The notes beneath the pieces were generated by a model that saw only the letters and a list, made by a program, of their open reading frames with translations, ran no database searches and was not told the origin of the DNA. From Veleropilina oligotropha (taxonomy: Eukaryota): a DNA stretch of 64,000 nt. The position numbers and the translations under genes were made by a program. Of this stretch, positions 36,607 through 51,524 are shown in pieces. The stretch's first letter is position 1, and every line of letters starts with the position of its first letter. The stretch spans positions 62,001-126,000 of the forward strand of contig JBEUKZ010000061.1 of assembly GCA_048128005.1 (NCBI GenBank). Reading direction: 5' to 3'.

Positions 36607-37143
36607 GTAAGTTAATTTGTCAGCAATGCAGCTCACTATTGAAATATTTATAAATGGTAGTAAAATATATTTATAAGTTATTTGCATCATGGATTGACAT
36701 CAGGTAAACGATATCGTAACACTGTCCAGATTTAGTCGATCAATAGTTAAATTTTAAACCTAAGTTATTTTTCAAATATCATTGTGATATATTCATTATT
36801 TCAATGAAGAGAAATTATGAATTGTGTATATCACCACTAATCTATAGAGCCCTAGGGCCTCACTTTGTCTGAGTGGATAACATTTTAAGAGCGTGGTTCT
36901 CGATTAACTCACTTGACTGCTCTGCTTCACATGAGGAGGTCATAGTTGTCCATAACTGGCTGGTGTCGGTTGGTTTTCCCATGTGACCGTGTTTCCTCCC
37001 ACATTAATATGGACATGTATGACCTGAAGAGTGTTAAATGAGACACTAACCATCGAACCACATCCACTATTTATTTTGTCAGTTGGGTATCGATATGGTT
37101 TATTCTGTATCTGGTGTTGTTCTAACATGTATTTTTTCTCTAG

Positions 37144-37179
37144 GGATTTCGTGAAGGAAGCTTGCGTGCATGTGCAGAA
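37144..37179 (+). CDS. GSTCD: GSTCD coding exon 3 (36-bp microexon)
   Basis: GFREGSLRACAE, between TTCTCTAG and GTAAGT. Confidence 0.88.
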
Positions 37180-37284
37180 GTAAGTGTCAGTGATTATAGA
37201 TTTTATTAGGTTGCAAACAGCAGTCACTATTTGTAGACGCAATTTACTTGACCATGGCCAAATAACATTGAACGCGTTGGTTCC

Positions 37285-40200
37285 CTTAACTTTGCTGTAG
37301 TTGCAACATGGAGTCTTAACTTCACTGTAGCGGTAACATGGAGTCTTAGCTTCACTGTAGTGGTAGCATGGAATCTTAACTTCACTGTAGTGGTAGCATG
37401 GAGTCTTAACTTACTGTAGTGGTAACATGGAGTCTTAACTTACTGTAGTGGTAACATGGAATCTTAACTTCACTGTAGCGGTAACATGGAGTCTTAACTT
37501 CACTGTAGTGGCAACATGGAGTCTTAACTTACTGTAGTGGTAACATGGAGTCTTAGCTTCGCTGTAGTGGCAACATGGAGTCTTAACTTCACTGTAGTGG
37601 TAACATGGAGTCTTAACTTCACTGTAGTGGTAGCATGGAGTCTTAACTTCACTGCAGTGGCAACATGGAGTCTTAACTTCACTGTAGTGGTAGCATGGAG
37701 TCTTAACTTCACTGTAGTGGTAACATGGAGTCTTAACTTCACTGTAGTGGCAACATGGAGTCTTAACTTCACTGTAGTGGTAGCATGGAGTCTTAGCTTC
37801 ACTGTAGTGGTAACATGGAATCTTAACTTCACTGTAGTGGCAACATAGTCTTAACTTCACTGTAGTGGTAGCATGGAGTCTTAGCTTACTGTAGTGGTAA
37901 CATGGAATCTTAACTTCACTGTAGCGGTAACATGGAGTCTTAACTTCACTGTAGTGGCAACATGGAGTCTTAACTTACTGTAGTGGTAACATGGAGTCTT
38001 AGCTTCGCTGTAGTGGCAACATGGAGTCTTAACTTCACTGTAGTGGTAGCATGGAGTCTTAACTTCACTGTAGTGGCAACATGGAGTCTTAACTTCACTG
38101 TAGTGGTAGCATGGAGTCTTAGCTTCACTGTAGTGGTAACATGGAATCTTAACTTCACTGTAGTGGCAACATAGTCTTAACTTCACTGTAGTGGTAGCAT
38201 GGAGTCTTAGCTTCACTGTAGTGGTAACATGGAATCTTAACTTCACTGTAGCGGTAACATGGAGTCTTAACTTCACTGTAGTGGCAACATGGAGTCTTAA
38301 CTTACTGTAGTGGTAACATGGAGTCTTAGCTTCGCTGTAGTGGTAACATGGAGTCTTAACTTCACTGTAGTGGTAACATGGAGTCTTAACTTCACTGTAG
38401 TGGCAACATGGAGTCTTAACTTACTGTAGTGGTAACATGGAGTCTTAGCTTCGCTGTAGTGGTAACATGGAGTCTTAACTTCACTGTAGTGGTAACATGG
38501 AATCTTAACTTCACTGTAGTGGCAACATAGTCTTAACTTCACTGTAGTGGTAGCATGGAGTCTTAACTTACTGTAGTGGTAACATGGAATCTTAACTTCA
38601 CTGTAGCGGTAACATGGAGTCTTAACTTCACTGTAGTGGCAACATGGAGTCTTAACTTACTGTAGTGGCAACATAGTCTTAACTTCACTGTAGTGGTAGC
38701 ATGGAGTCTTAGCTTCACTGTAGTGGTAACATGGAATCTTAACTTCACTGTAGTGGTAACATGGAGTCTTAACTTCACTGTAGCGGTAACATGGAGTCTT
38801 AACTTCACTGTAGTGGTAACATGGAGTCTTAACTTCGCTGTAGTGGTAATATGCAGTCTTAACTTCGCTGTAGTGGTAGCATGGAGTCTTAACTTCGCTG
38901 TAGTGGTAACATGGAGTCTTAACTTCACTGTAGTGGCAACATGGAGTCTTAACTTCACTGTAGTGGTAGCATGGAGTCTTAACTTCACTGTAGTGGTAGC
39001 ATGGAGTCTTAGCTTCACTGTAGTGGTAGCATGGAGTCTTAACTTCACTGTAGTGGTAGCATGGAGTCTTAGCTTCACTGTAGTGGTAACATGGAATCTT
39101 AACTTCACTGTAGTGGTAACATGGAGTCTTAACTTCACTGTAGTGGCAACATGGAGTCTTAACTTCACTGTAGTGGCAACATGGAGTCTTAACTTCGCTG
39201 TAGTGGCAACATGGAGTCTTAACTTCGCTGTAGTGGTAGCATGGAGTCTTAGCTTCACTGTAGTGGTAACATGGAGTCTTAACTTCACTGTAGTGGTAGC
39301 ATGGAGTCTTAGCTTCACTGTAGTGGTAACATGGAATCTTAACTTCACTGTAGTGGTAACATGGAGTCTTAACTTCACTGTAGTGGTAGCATGGAGTCTT
39401 ATCTTCACTGTAGTGGTAGCACGGAGTCTTAGCTTCACTGTAGTGGTAACATGGAATCTTAACTTCACTGTAGTGGTAACATGGAGTCTTAACTTCACTG
39501 TAGTGGTATCATGGAGTCTTAGCTTCACTGTAGTGGTAACATGGAATCTTAAATTCACTGTAGTGGTAACATGGAGTCTTAACTTACTGTAGTGGTAACA
39601 TGGAGTCTTAACTTCACTGTAGTGGTAACATGGAGTCTTAACTTACTGTAGTGGTAGCATGGAGTCTTAGCTTCACTGTAGTGGCAACATGGAGTCTTAA
39701 CTTCACTGTAGTGGTAAAATGGAGTCTTAACTTCACTGTAGTGGTAACATGCCGGAGTCTTAACTTACTGTAGTGGTAGCATGGAGTCTTGGCTTCACTG
39801 TAGTGGTAACATGCCGGAGTCTTAACTTACTGTAGTGGTAGCATGGAGTCTTAGCTTCACTGTAGTGGTAACATGCCAGAGTCTTAACTTACTGTAGTGG
39901 TAGCATGGAGTCTTAGCTTCACTGTAGTGGTAACATGCCGGAGTCGTAACTTACTGTAGTGGTAGCATGGAGTCTTAGCTTCACTGTAGTGGTAACATGG
40001 AATCTTAACTTCACTGTAGTGGTAACATGGAGTCTTAACTTCACTGTAGCGGTAACATGGAGTCTTAACTTCACTGTAGTGGTAACATGGAGTCTTAACT
40101 TCGCTGTAGTGGTAATATGCAGTCTTAACTTCGCTGTAGTGGTAGCATGGTGTCTTAACTTCGCTGTAGTGGTAACATGGAGTCTTAACTTCACTGTAGT

Positions 40201-43200
40201 GGCAACATGGAGTCTTAACTTCACTGTAGTGGTAGCATGGAGTCTTAACTTCACTGTAGTGGTAGCATGGAGTCTTAGCTTCACTGTAGTGGTAGCATGG
40301 AGTCTTAACTTCACTGTAGTGGTAGCATGGAGTCTTAGCTTCACTGTAGTGGTAACATGGAATCTTAACTTCACTGTAGTGGTAACATGGAGTCTTAACT
40401 TCACTGTAGTGGCAACATGGAGTCTTAACTTCACTGTAGTGGCAACATGGAGTCTTAACTTCGCTGTAGTGGCAACATGGAGTCTTAACTTCGCTGTAGT
40501 GGTAGCATGGAGTCTTAGCTTCACTGTAGTGGTAACATGGAGTCTTAACTTCACTGTAGTGGTAGCATGGAGTCTTAGCTTCACTGTAGTGGTAACATGG
40601 AATCTTAACTTCACTGTAGTGGTAACATGGAGTCTTAACTTCACTGTAGTGGTAGCATGGAGTCTTATCTTCACTGTAGTGGTAGCACGGAGTCTTAGCT
40701 TCACTGTAGTGGTAACATGGAATCTTAACTTCACTGTAGTGGTAACATGGAGTCTTAACTTCACTGTAGTGGTATCATGGAGTCTTAGCTTCACTGTAAT
40801 GGTAACATGGAATCTTAAATTCACTGTAGTGGTAACATGGAGTCTTAACTTACTGTAGTGGTAACATGGAGTCTTAACTTCACTGTAGTGGTAACATGGA
40901 GTCTTAACTTACTGTAGTGGTAGCATGGAGTCTTAGCTTCACTGTAGTGGCAACATGGAGTCTTAACTTCACTGTAGTGGTAAAATGGAGTCTTAACTTC
41001 ACTGTAGTGGTAACATGCCGGAGTCTTAACTTACTGTAGTGGTAGCATGGAGTCTTGGCTTCACTGTAGTGGTAACATGCCGGAGTCTTAACTTACTGTA
41101 GTGGTAGCATGGAGTCTTAGCTTCACTGTAGTGGTAACATGCCGGAGTCTTAACTTACTGTAGTGGTAGCATGTAGTCTTAGCTTCACTGTAGTGGTAAC
41201 ATGCCGGAGTCGTAACTTACTGTAGTGGTAGCATGGAGTCTTAGCTTCACTGTAGTGGTAGCATGGAGTCTTAACTTCACTGTAGTGGTAGCATGGAGTC
41301 TTAGCTTCACTGTAGTGGTAACATGGAATCTTAACTTCACTGTAGTGGTAACATGGAGTCTTAACTTCACTGTAGTGGCAACATGGAGTCTTAACTTCAC
41401 TGTAGTGGCAACATGGAGTCTTAACTTCGCTGTAGTGGCAACATGGAGTCTTAACTTCGCTGTAGTGGTAGCATGGAGTCTTAGCTTCACTGTAGTGGTA
41501 ACATGGAGTCTTAACTTCACTGTAGTGGTAGCATGGAGTCTTAGCTTCACTGTAGTGGTAACATGGAATCTTAACTTCACTGTAGTGGTAACATGGAGTC
41601 TTAACTTCACTGTAGTGGTAGCATGGAGTCTTATCTTCACTGTAGTGGTAGCATGGAGTCTTAGCTTCACTGTAGTGGTAACATGGAATCTTAACTTCAC
41701 TGTAGTGGTAACATGGAGTCTTAACTTCACTGTAGTGGTATCATGGAGTCTTAGCTTCACTGTAGTGGTAACATGGAATCTTAAATTCACTGTAGTGGTA
41801 ACATGGAGTCTTAACTTACTGTAGTGGTAACATGGAGTCTTAACTTCACTGTAGTGGTAACATGGAGTCTTAACTTACTGTAGTGGTAGCATGGAGTCTT
41901 AGCTTCACTGTAGTGGCAACATGGAGTCTTAACTTCACTGTAGTGGTAAAATGGAGTCTTAACTTCACTGTAGTGGTAACATGCCGGAGTCTTAACTTAC
42001 TGTAGTGGTAGCATGGAGTCTTGGCTTCACTGTAGTGGTAACATGCCGGAGTCTTAACTTACTGTAGTGATAGCATGGAGTCTTAGCTTCACTGTAGTGG
42101 TAACATGCCGGAGTCTTAACTTACTGTAGTGGTAGCATGGAGTCTTAGCTTCACTGTAGTGGTAACATGCCGGAGTCGTAACATCACTGTAGTTGTAGCA
42201 TGGAGTCTTAACTTCACTGTAGTGGTAACATGGAATCTTAACTTCACTGTAGTAGCAACATGGAGTCGTAACATCACTGTAGCGGTAACATGGAGTCTTG
42301 ACTTCACTGTAGCGGTAAAATGGAGTCTTAACTTCACTGTAGTGGTAACATGGAGTTTTAACTTCACTGTAGTGGTAACATGCCGGAGTCTTAACTTACT
42401 GTAGTGGTAGCATGGAGTCTTAGCTTCACTGTAGTGGTAACATGCCGGAGTCTTAACTTACTGTAGTGGTAGCATGGAGTCTTAGCTTCACTGTAGTGGT
42501 AACATGGAGTCTTAACTTCACTGTAGTAGCAACATGGAGTCTTAACTTCGCTGTAGCGGTAACATGGAGTCTTAACTTCACTGTAGTGGTAACATGGAGT
42601 CTTAACTTCACTGTAGTGATAACATGGAGTCTTAGCTTCACTGTAGTGGTAGCATGGAGTCTTAACTTCACTGTAGTGGTAGCATGGAGTCTTAACTTCG
42701 CTGTAGTGGTAACATGGAGTCTTAACTTCACTGTAGTGGCAACATGGAGTCTTAACTTCACTGTAGTGGTAACATGGAGTCTTAACTTCACTGTAGTGGC
42801 AACATGGAGTCTTAACTTCACTGTAGTGGTAGCATGGAGTCTTAGCTTCACTGTAGTGGTAACATGGAATCTTAACTTCACTGTAGTGGCAACATAGTCT
42901 TAACTTCACTGTAGTGGTAGCATGGAGTCTTAGCTTCACTGTAGTGGTAACATGGAGTCTTAACTTCGCTGTAGTGGTAATATGCAGTCTTAACTTCGCT
43001 GTAGTGGTAGCATGGAGTCTTAACTTCACTGTAGTGGTAACATGGAGTCTTAGATTCACTGTAGTGGTAACATGGAGTCTTAGCTTCACTGGAGTGGTAA
43101 CATGGAGTCTTAACTTCAATGTAGTGGCAACATGGAGTCTTAACTTCACTGTAGCGGTAACATGGAGTCTTAGCTTCACTGTAGTGGTAACATGGAGTCT

Positions 43201-46200
43201 TAACTTACTGTAGTGGTAACATGGAATCTTAACTTCACTGTAGCGGTAACATGGAGTCTTAACTTACTGTAGTGGTAACATGGAGTCTTAGCTTCGCTGT
43301 AGTGGTAGCATGGAGTCTTAACTTCACTGTAGTGGTAACATGGAGTCTTAACTTCACTGTAGTGGCAACATGGAGTCTTAACTTCACTGTAGTGGTAGCA
43401 TGGAGTCTTAACTTCACTGTAGTGGTAACATGGAATCTTAACTTCACTGTAGTGGCAACATAGTCTTAACTTCACTGTAGTGGTAGCATGGAGTCTTAGC
43501 TTCACTGTAGTGGTAACATGGAATCTTAACTTCACTGTAGTGGTAACATGGAGTCTTAACTTCACTGTAGCGGTAACATGGAGTCTTAACTTCACTGTAG
43601 TGGTAACATGGAGTCTTAACTTCGCTGTAGTGGTAATATGCAGTCTTAACTTCGCTGTAGTGGTAGCATGGAGTCTTAACTTCGCTGTAGTGGTAACATG
43701 GAGTCTTAACTTCACTGTAGTGGCAACATGGAGTCTTAACTTCACTGTAGTGGTAGCATGGAGTCTTAACTTCGCTGTAGTGGTAACATGAAGTCTTAAC
43801 TTCACTGTAGTGGCAACATGGAGTCTTAACTTCACTGTAGTGGTAACATGGAGTCTTAACTTCGCTGTAGTGGTAATATGCAGTCTTAACTTCACTGTAG
43901 TGGTAGCATGGAGTCTTAACTTCACTGTAGTGGTAGCATGGAGTCTTAGCTTCACTGTAGTGGTAGCATGGAGTCTTAACTTCACTGTAGTGGTAACATG
44001 GAGTCTTAACTTCACTGTAGTGGCAACTTGGAGTCTTAACTTCACTGTAGTGGCAACATGGAGTCTTAACTTCGCTGTAGTGGTAGCATGGAGTCTTAGC
44101 TTCACTGTAGTGGTAACATGGAGTCTTAGCTTCACTGTAGTGGTAGCATGGAGTCTTAGCTTCACTGTAGTGGTAACATGGAATCTTAACTTCACTGTAG
44201 TGGTAGCATGGAATCTTAACTTCACTGTAGTGGTAACATGGAGTCTTAACTTCACTGTAGTGGTAGCATGGAATCTTAACTTCACTGTAGTGGTAACATG
44301 GAGTCTTAACTTCACTGTAGTGGTAGCATGGAGTCTTATCTTCACTGTAGTGGTAGCATGGAGTCTTAGCTTCACTGTAGTGGTAACATGGAGTCTTAAC
44401 TTCACTGTAGTGGTAGCATGGAGTCTTAGCTTCACTGTAGTGGTAACATGGAATCTTAACTTCACTGTAGTGGTAACATGGAGTCTTAACTTCACTGTAG
44501 TGGTAACATGGAGTCTTAGCTTCACTGTAGTGGCAACATGGAGTCTTAACTTCACTGTAGTGGTAACATGGAGTCTTAACTTCACTGTAGTGGTAGCATG
44601 GAGTCTTAGCTTCACTGTAGTGGCAACATGGAGTCTTAACTTCACTGTAGTGGTAAAATGGAGTCTTAACTTCACTGTAGTGGTAACATGCCGGAGTCTT
44701 AACTTACTGTAGTGGTAGCATGGAGTCTTGGCTTCACTGTAGTGGTAACATGCCGGAGTCTTAACCTACTGTAGTGGTAGCATGGAGTCTTAGCTTCACT
44801 GTAGTGGTAACATGCCGGAGTCTTAACTTACTGTAGTGGTAGCATGGAGTCTTAGCTTCTGTGTAGTGGTAACATGCCGGAGTCGTAACATCACTGTAGT
44901 GGTAACATGGAATCTTAACTTCACTGTAGTAGCAACATGGAGTCGTAACATCACTGTAGCGGTAACATGGAGTCTTAACTTCACTGTAGTGGTAACATGG
45001 AGTCTTAACTTCACTGTAGTGGTAGCATGGAGTCTTAGCTTCACTGTAGTGGCAACATGGAGTCTTAACTTCACTGTAGCGGTAAAATGGAGTCTTAACT
45101 TCACTGTAGTGGTAACATGGAGTTTTAACTTCACTGTAGTGGTAACATGCCGGAGTCTTAACTTACTGTAGTGGTAGCATGGAGTCTTAGCTTCACTGTA
45201 GTGGTAACATGCCGGAGTCTTAACTTACTGTAGTGGTAGCATGGAGTCTTAGCTTCACTGTAGTGGTAACATGCCGGAGTCGTAACATCACTGTAGTGGT
45301 AGCATGGAGTCTTAACTTCACTGTAGTGGTAACATGGAGTCTTAACTTCACTGTAGTAGCAACATGGAGTCTTAACTTCGCTGTAGCGGTAACATGGAGT
45401 CTTAACTTCACTGTAGTGGTAACATGGAGTCTTAACTTCACTGTAGTGATAACATGGAGTCTTAGCTTCACTGTAGTGGTAGCATGGAGTCTTAACTTCA
45501 CTGTAGTGGTAGCATGGAGTCTTAACTTTGCTGTAGTGGTAACATGGAGTCTTATCTTCGCTGTAGTGGTAACATGGAATTTTAACTTCACTGTAGTGGC
45601 AACATGGAGTCTTAACTTACTGTAGTGGTAACATGGAGTCTTAACTTCACTGTAGTGGTAGCATGGAGTCTTAGCTTCACTGTAGTGGCAACATGGAGTC
45701 TTAACTTCACTGTAGTGGTAGCATGGAGTCTTAGCTTCACTGTAGTGGCAACATGGAGTCTTAACTTCACTGTAGTGGTAAAATGGAGTCTTAACTTCAC
45801 TGTAGTGGTAACATGCCGGAGTCTTAACTTACTGTAGTGGTAGCATGGAGTCTTGGCTTCACTGTAGTGGTAACATGCCGGAGTCTTAACTTACTGTAGT
45901 GGTAGCATGGAGTCTTAGCTTCACTGTAGTGGTAACATGCCGGAGTCGTAACATCACTGTAGTTGTAGCATGGAGTCTTAACTTCACTGTAGTGGTAACA
46001 TGGAATCTTAACTTCACTGTAGTAGCAACATGGAGTCGTAACATCACTGTAGTGGTAACACGGAGTCTTAACTTCACTGTAGTGGTAGCATGGAGTCTTA
46101 GCTTCACTGTAGTGGCAACATGGAGTCTTAACTTCACTGTAGCGGTAAAATGGAGTCTTAACTTCACTGTAGTGGTAACATGGAGTTTAACTTCACTGTA

Positions 46201-49200
46201 GTGGTAACATGCCGGAGTCTTAACTTACTGTAGTGGTAGCATGGAGTCTTAGCTTCACTGTAGTGGTAACATGCCGGAGTCTTAACTTACTGTAGTGGTA
46301 GCATGGAGTCTTAGCTTCACTGTAGTGGTAACATGCCGGAGTCGTAACATCACTGTAGTGGTAGCATGGAGTCTTAACTTCACTGTAGTGGTAACATGGA
46401 GTCTTAACTTCACTGTAGTAGCAACATGGAGTCTTAACTTCGCTGTAGCGGTAACATGGAGTCTTAACTTCACTGTAGTGGTAACATGGAGTCTTAACTT
46501 CACTGTAGTGATAACATGGAGTCTTAGCTTCACTGTAGTGGTAGCATGGAGTCTTAACTTCACTGTAGTGGTAGCATGGAGTCTTAACTTCGCTGTAGTG
46601 GTAACATGGAGTCTTAACTTCACTGTAGTGGTAACATGGAGTCTTAACTTCACTGTAGTGGCAACATGGAGTCTTAACTTCACTGTAGTGGTAGCATGGA
46701 GTCTTAGCTTCACTGTAGTGGTAACATGGAATCTTAACTTCACTGTAGTGGCAACATAGTCTTAACTTCACTGTAGTGGTAGCATGGAGTCTTAGCTTCA
46801 CTGTAGTGGTAACATGGAATCTTAACTTCACTGTAGTGGTAACATGGAGTCTTAACTTCACTGTAGCGGTAACATGCCGGAGTCTTAACTTACTGTAGTG
46901 GTAGCATGGAGTCTTAACTTCACTGTAGCGGTAACATGCCGGAGTCTTAACTTACTGTAGTGGTAACATGCCGGAGTCTTAACTTCACTGTAGTGGTCAC
47001 ATGGAGTCTTAACTTCACTGTAGTGGTAACATGGAGTCTTAACTTCACTGTAGCGGTAACATGCCGGAGGTTTAACTTACTGTAGTGGTAACATGCCGGA
47101 GTCTTAACTTCACTGTAGTGGTCACATGGAGTCTTAACTTCACTGTAGTGGTAACATGGAGTCTTAACTTACTGTAGTGGCAATATGCAGTCTTAACTTC
47201 GCTGTAGTGGTAACATGGAGTCTTAACTTCACTGTAGTGATAACATGGAGTCTTAGCTTCACTGTAGTGGTAACATGGAGTCTTAACTTCGCTGTAGTGG
47301 TAACATGGAATCTTAACTTCACTGTAGTGGTAGCATGGAGTCTTAACTTCACTGTAGTGGCAACATGGAGTCTTAACTTCGCTGTAGTGGCAATATGGAA
47401 TCTTAACTTCACTGTAGTGGCAACATGGAGTCTTAACTTCGCTGTAGTGGCAACATGGAGTCTTAACTTCACTGTAGTAGCAACATGGAGTCTTGACTTC
47501 GCTGTAGTGGCAACATGGAGACTTAACTTCGCTGCAGTGGCAACATGGAGTCTTGACTTCGCAGTAGTGGCAACATGGAGTCTTAACTTCGCAGTAGTGG
47601 TAACATGGAGTCGTAACTTCGCAGTAGTGGCAACATGGAGTCTTAACTTACTGTAGTGGCAACATGGAGTCTTAACTTACTGTAGTGGTAACATGGAGTC
47701 TTAACTTCACTGTAGTGGCAACATGGAATCTTATCTTCGCTGTAGTGGCAACATGCAGTCTTAGCTTCACTGTAGTGGCAACATTGAGTCTTAACTTCAC
47801 TGTAGCGGTAAAATGGAGTCTTAACTTCACTGTAGTGGTAACATGGAGTTTTAACTTCACTGTAGTGGTAACATGCCGGAGTCTTAACTTACTGTAGTGG
47901 TAGCATGGAGTCTTAGCTTCACTGTAGTGGTAACATGCCGGAGTCTTAACTTACTGTAGTGGTAGCATGGTGTCTTAGCTTCACTGTAGTGGTAACATGC
48001 CGGAGTCGTAACATCACTGTAGTGGTAGCATGGAGTCTTAACTTCACTGTAGTGGTAACATGGAGTCTTAACTTCACTGTAGTAGCAACATGGAGTCTTA
48101 ACTTCGCTGTAGCGGTAACATGGAGTCTTAACTTCACTGTAGTGGTATCATGGAGTCTTAACTTCACTGTAGTGATAACATGGAGTCTTAGCTTCACTGT
48201 AGTGGTAGCATGGAGTCTTAACTTCACTGTGGTGGTAGCATGGAGTCTTAACTTCGCTGTAGTGGTAACATGGAGTCTTAACTTCACTGTAGTGGTAACA
48301 TGGAGTCTTAACTTCACTGTAGTGGCAACATGGAGTCTTAACTTCACTGTAGTGGTTGCATGGAGTCTTAGCTTCACTGTAGTGGTAACATGGAATCTTA
48401 ACTTCACTGTAGTGGCAACATAGTCTTAACTTCACTGTCGTGGTAGCATGGAGTCTTAGCTTCACTGTAGTGGTAACATGGAATCTTAACTTCACTGTAG
48501 TGGTAACATGGAGTCTTAACTTCACTGTAGCGGTAACATGCCGGAGTCTTAACTTACTGTAGTGGTAGCATGGAGTCTTAACTTCACTGTAGCGGTAACA
48601 TGCCGGAGTCTTAACTTACTGTAGTGGTAACATGCCGGAGTCTTAACTTCACTGTAGTGGTCACATGGAGTCTTAACTTCACTGTAGTGGTAACATGGAG
48701 TCTTAACTTCACTGTAGCGGTAACATGCCGGAGTCTTAACTTACTGTAGTGGTAACATGCCGGAGTCTTAACTTCACTGTAGTGGTCACATGGAGTCTTA
48801 ACTTCACTGTAGTGGTAACATGGAGTCTTAACTTACTGTAGTGGCAATATGCAGTCTTAACTTCGCTGTAGTGGTAACATGGAGTCTTAACTTCACTGTA
48901 GTGATAACATGGAGTCTTAGCTTCACTGTAGTGGTAACATGGAGTCTTAACTTCGCTGTAGTGGTAACATGGAATCTTAACTTCACTGTAGTGGTAACAT
49001 GGAGTCTTAACTTCACTGTAGTGGCAACATGGAGTCTTAACTTCGCTGTAGTGGCAATATGGAATCTTAACTTCACTGTAGTGGCAACATGGAGTCTTAA
49101 CTTCGCTGTAGTGGCAACATGGAGTCTTAACTTCACTGTAGTAGCAACATGGAGTCTTGACTTCGCTGTAGTGGCAACATGGAGACTTAACTTCGCTGCA

Positions 49201-50144
49201 GTGGCAACATGGAGTCTTGACTTCGCAGTAGTGGCAACATGGAGTCTTAACTTCGCAGTAGTGGTAACATGGAGTCTTAACTTCGCAGTAGTGGCAACAT
49301 GGAGTCTTAACTTACTGTAGTGGTAACATGGAGACTTAACTTCACTGCAGTGGCAACATGGAGTCTTGACTTCGCAGTAGTGGCAACATGGAGTCTTGAC
49401 TTTGCAGTAGTGGCAACATGGAGTCTTAACTTACTGTAGTGGTAACATGGAGACTTAACTTCACTGGAGTGGCAACATGGAGTCTTGACTTCGCAGTAGT
49501 GGCAACATGGAGTCTTAACTTCGCAGTAGTGGTAACATGGAATCTTAACTTCACTGTAGTGGCAACATGGAGTCTTCTCTTACTGTAGTGGTAACATGGA
49601 GTCTTAACTTCACTGTAGTGGCAACATGGAATCTTATCTTCGCTGTAGTGGCAACATGCAGTCTTAACTTACTGTAGTGGCAACATGGAGACTTAACTTC
49701 ACTGCAGTGGCAACATGGAGTCTTGACTTCGCAGTAGTGGCAACATGGAGTCTTGACTTTGCAGTAGTGGCAACATGGAGTCTTAACTTACTGTAGTGGT
49801 AACATGGAGTCTTAGCTTCACTGTAGTGGTAGCATGGAGTCTTAACTTCACTGTAGTGGTAGCATGGAGTCTTAACTTCGCTGTAGTGGTAACATGGAGT
49901 CTTAACTTCACTGTAGTGGCAACATGGAGTCTTAACTTCACTGTAGTGGTAACATGGAGTCTTAACTTCACTGTAGTGGCAACATGGAGACTTAACTTCA
50001 CTGTAGTGGCAACATGGAATCTTAACTTCGCTGTAGTGGCAACATGCAGTCTTAACTTCGCTGTAGTGGCAACATGTAGTCTTAACTTCGCTGTAGTGGC
50101 AACATGGAGTCTTAACTTCACTGTAGTGGCAACATGGAGTCTTA
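37285..50144. repeat. ~12.9-kb satellite, 30-bp unit (~430 copies), inside a GSTCD intron
   Basis: Consensus CTTAACTTCACTGTAGTGGTAACATGGAGT with 27-, 29- and 33-bp variants. The ORFs across it are repeat artefacts. Confidence 0.99.
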
Positions 50145-50635
50145 TCAGTGTTTATATTGCTTACCATACCAGAAACTGTCACCTGAGGTTAAAATGGGGT
50201 CGGGTCGCTCCAGTAGCCATGTGGTCTCTAGTGCAGATTCTGACATCACTGGCTTGACCGCTGTGAATAACAGGAGTGCGTTCGAATCCCAATTGGAGCA
50301 ATGGCATACTTTGTTCAGTTGTCAGTTACAGTTGTTCGAAACAGGCCGAAAAGTGAGGGTTTTCCCAGGCGACCGGGATCTCCTCCCGCATTAATATGGA
50401 CATGTACATGTTCTGATTTGTACATTTACAGGAGAGTAACGATCGATCCAATCTAAATGTAGTCGTAACATCATCTGTTTTAGACCAAACCATTTTTATC
50501 ATATAATGATGTGACCTACTTGACCAAGAACAATTATTTATTTCGAGAAAATACCATACATTTAATGTTGCGAATCTATCTACAAGCCTTTTATGGAATA
50601 AATAAGTGTTTTGAAATGTTTACTTTATTTTATAG

Positions 50636-50706
50636 GTGTCAAGTTGGACAAAGTTATGTGAAATTGACATTCCAAAATGTATTTTGGAACTGATTGAGGA
50701 AGTAAG
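50636..50706 (+). CDS. GSTCD: GSTCD coding exon 4
   Basis: VSSWTKLCEIDIP continues ACAE; phase-2 donor AG|GTCAGT matches the next acceptor. Confidence 0.88.
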
Positions 50707-50926
50707 GTCAGTAATATTATAGATAGAATTTGGATTTTCTGGACCGTTTTCGCGACTCTCTCTAACTTTTCGGAAATAAAATGTTGTGCCATTCCTACAC
50801 TATACCACTGTGATACATGAGCACATGCAATTATTATAGCTAACTACATGTATTTGCCTTCACTTTTTTAGTATCATTAATTGTGATAAAATCATTTTTA
50901 ATATGTGAAACTTTCTCTACTTCTAG

Positions 50927-51524
50927 ATCCTTAAAAGGGAAGTCTACAGTTCCGCTGCCTGCAGATGTGATGAAGTTAGAGGCTCATTTACGTCTACCTG
51001 CCAAGATGAGCAACAAAACAAAGAAGAAACAGTGGATTATCAAAAGATTAAGCAAAACAATCAACAGTGACAGATCTAGTGATGCATCAGACTGTGATAT
51101 AATCTCGTCGCCTTTCACAGGAGGTGAAATTCCAATCAGCCATGGTATTGTTAGATTTAAATTTTCCAAAACCTTCCATGAAACAATGTTCCACCGGACA
51201 CAACCTGATGACATCTATGATGTAGGTATTCCATTTCAGCAACATGACGGTATTAATGTTTCTAATAACTTGACTGTGCAAAAAAGGACTAACCATGATT
51301 TTTCAGATAATAACAGTGTAAATACACACTGTAATAATGTCATTCCTAGTCCCTCGGTATCAGTAGTTCAGAGTGAACAAGGATGTGATGACACAGTGTC
51401 AGACTTGGAATCGGCTATCAAGGACATAAATCTGGATGACATCACGATAGAGCATGTCTATGTGGAGGGCATTGAGATGACCATAGCCGACTTGGTGTTG
51501 TATCCATTTCTTCATCATCTAACG
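50927..51524 (+). CDS. GSTCD: GSTCD coding exon 5
   Basis: KLEAHLRLP...EHVYVEGIEMTIADLVLYP (GST C-terminal-like); AG/GTAAGT boundaries. Confidence 0.88.

Noticed and set aside
37285..50144. CRISPR-like array or repetitive protein ORFs (KLRLHVTTTV / CYHYSEVKTP)
   Set aside because: Units are contiguous with no unique spacers and no cas genes, and the context is eukaryotic. The ORFs arise because a 30-bp unit lacks stops in some frames.
51000..51430. Low-complexity Ser/Asp/Asn-rich insert in GSTCD exon 5
   Set aside because: GSTCD orthologues are, to my knowledge, also long and variable here, so it is not clearly novel.
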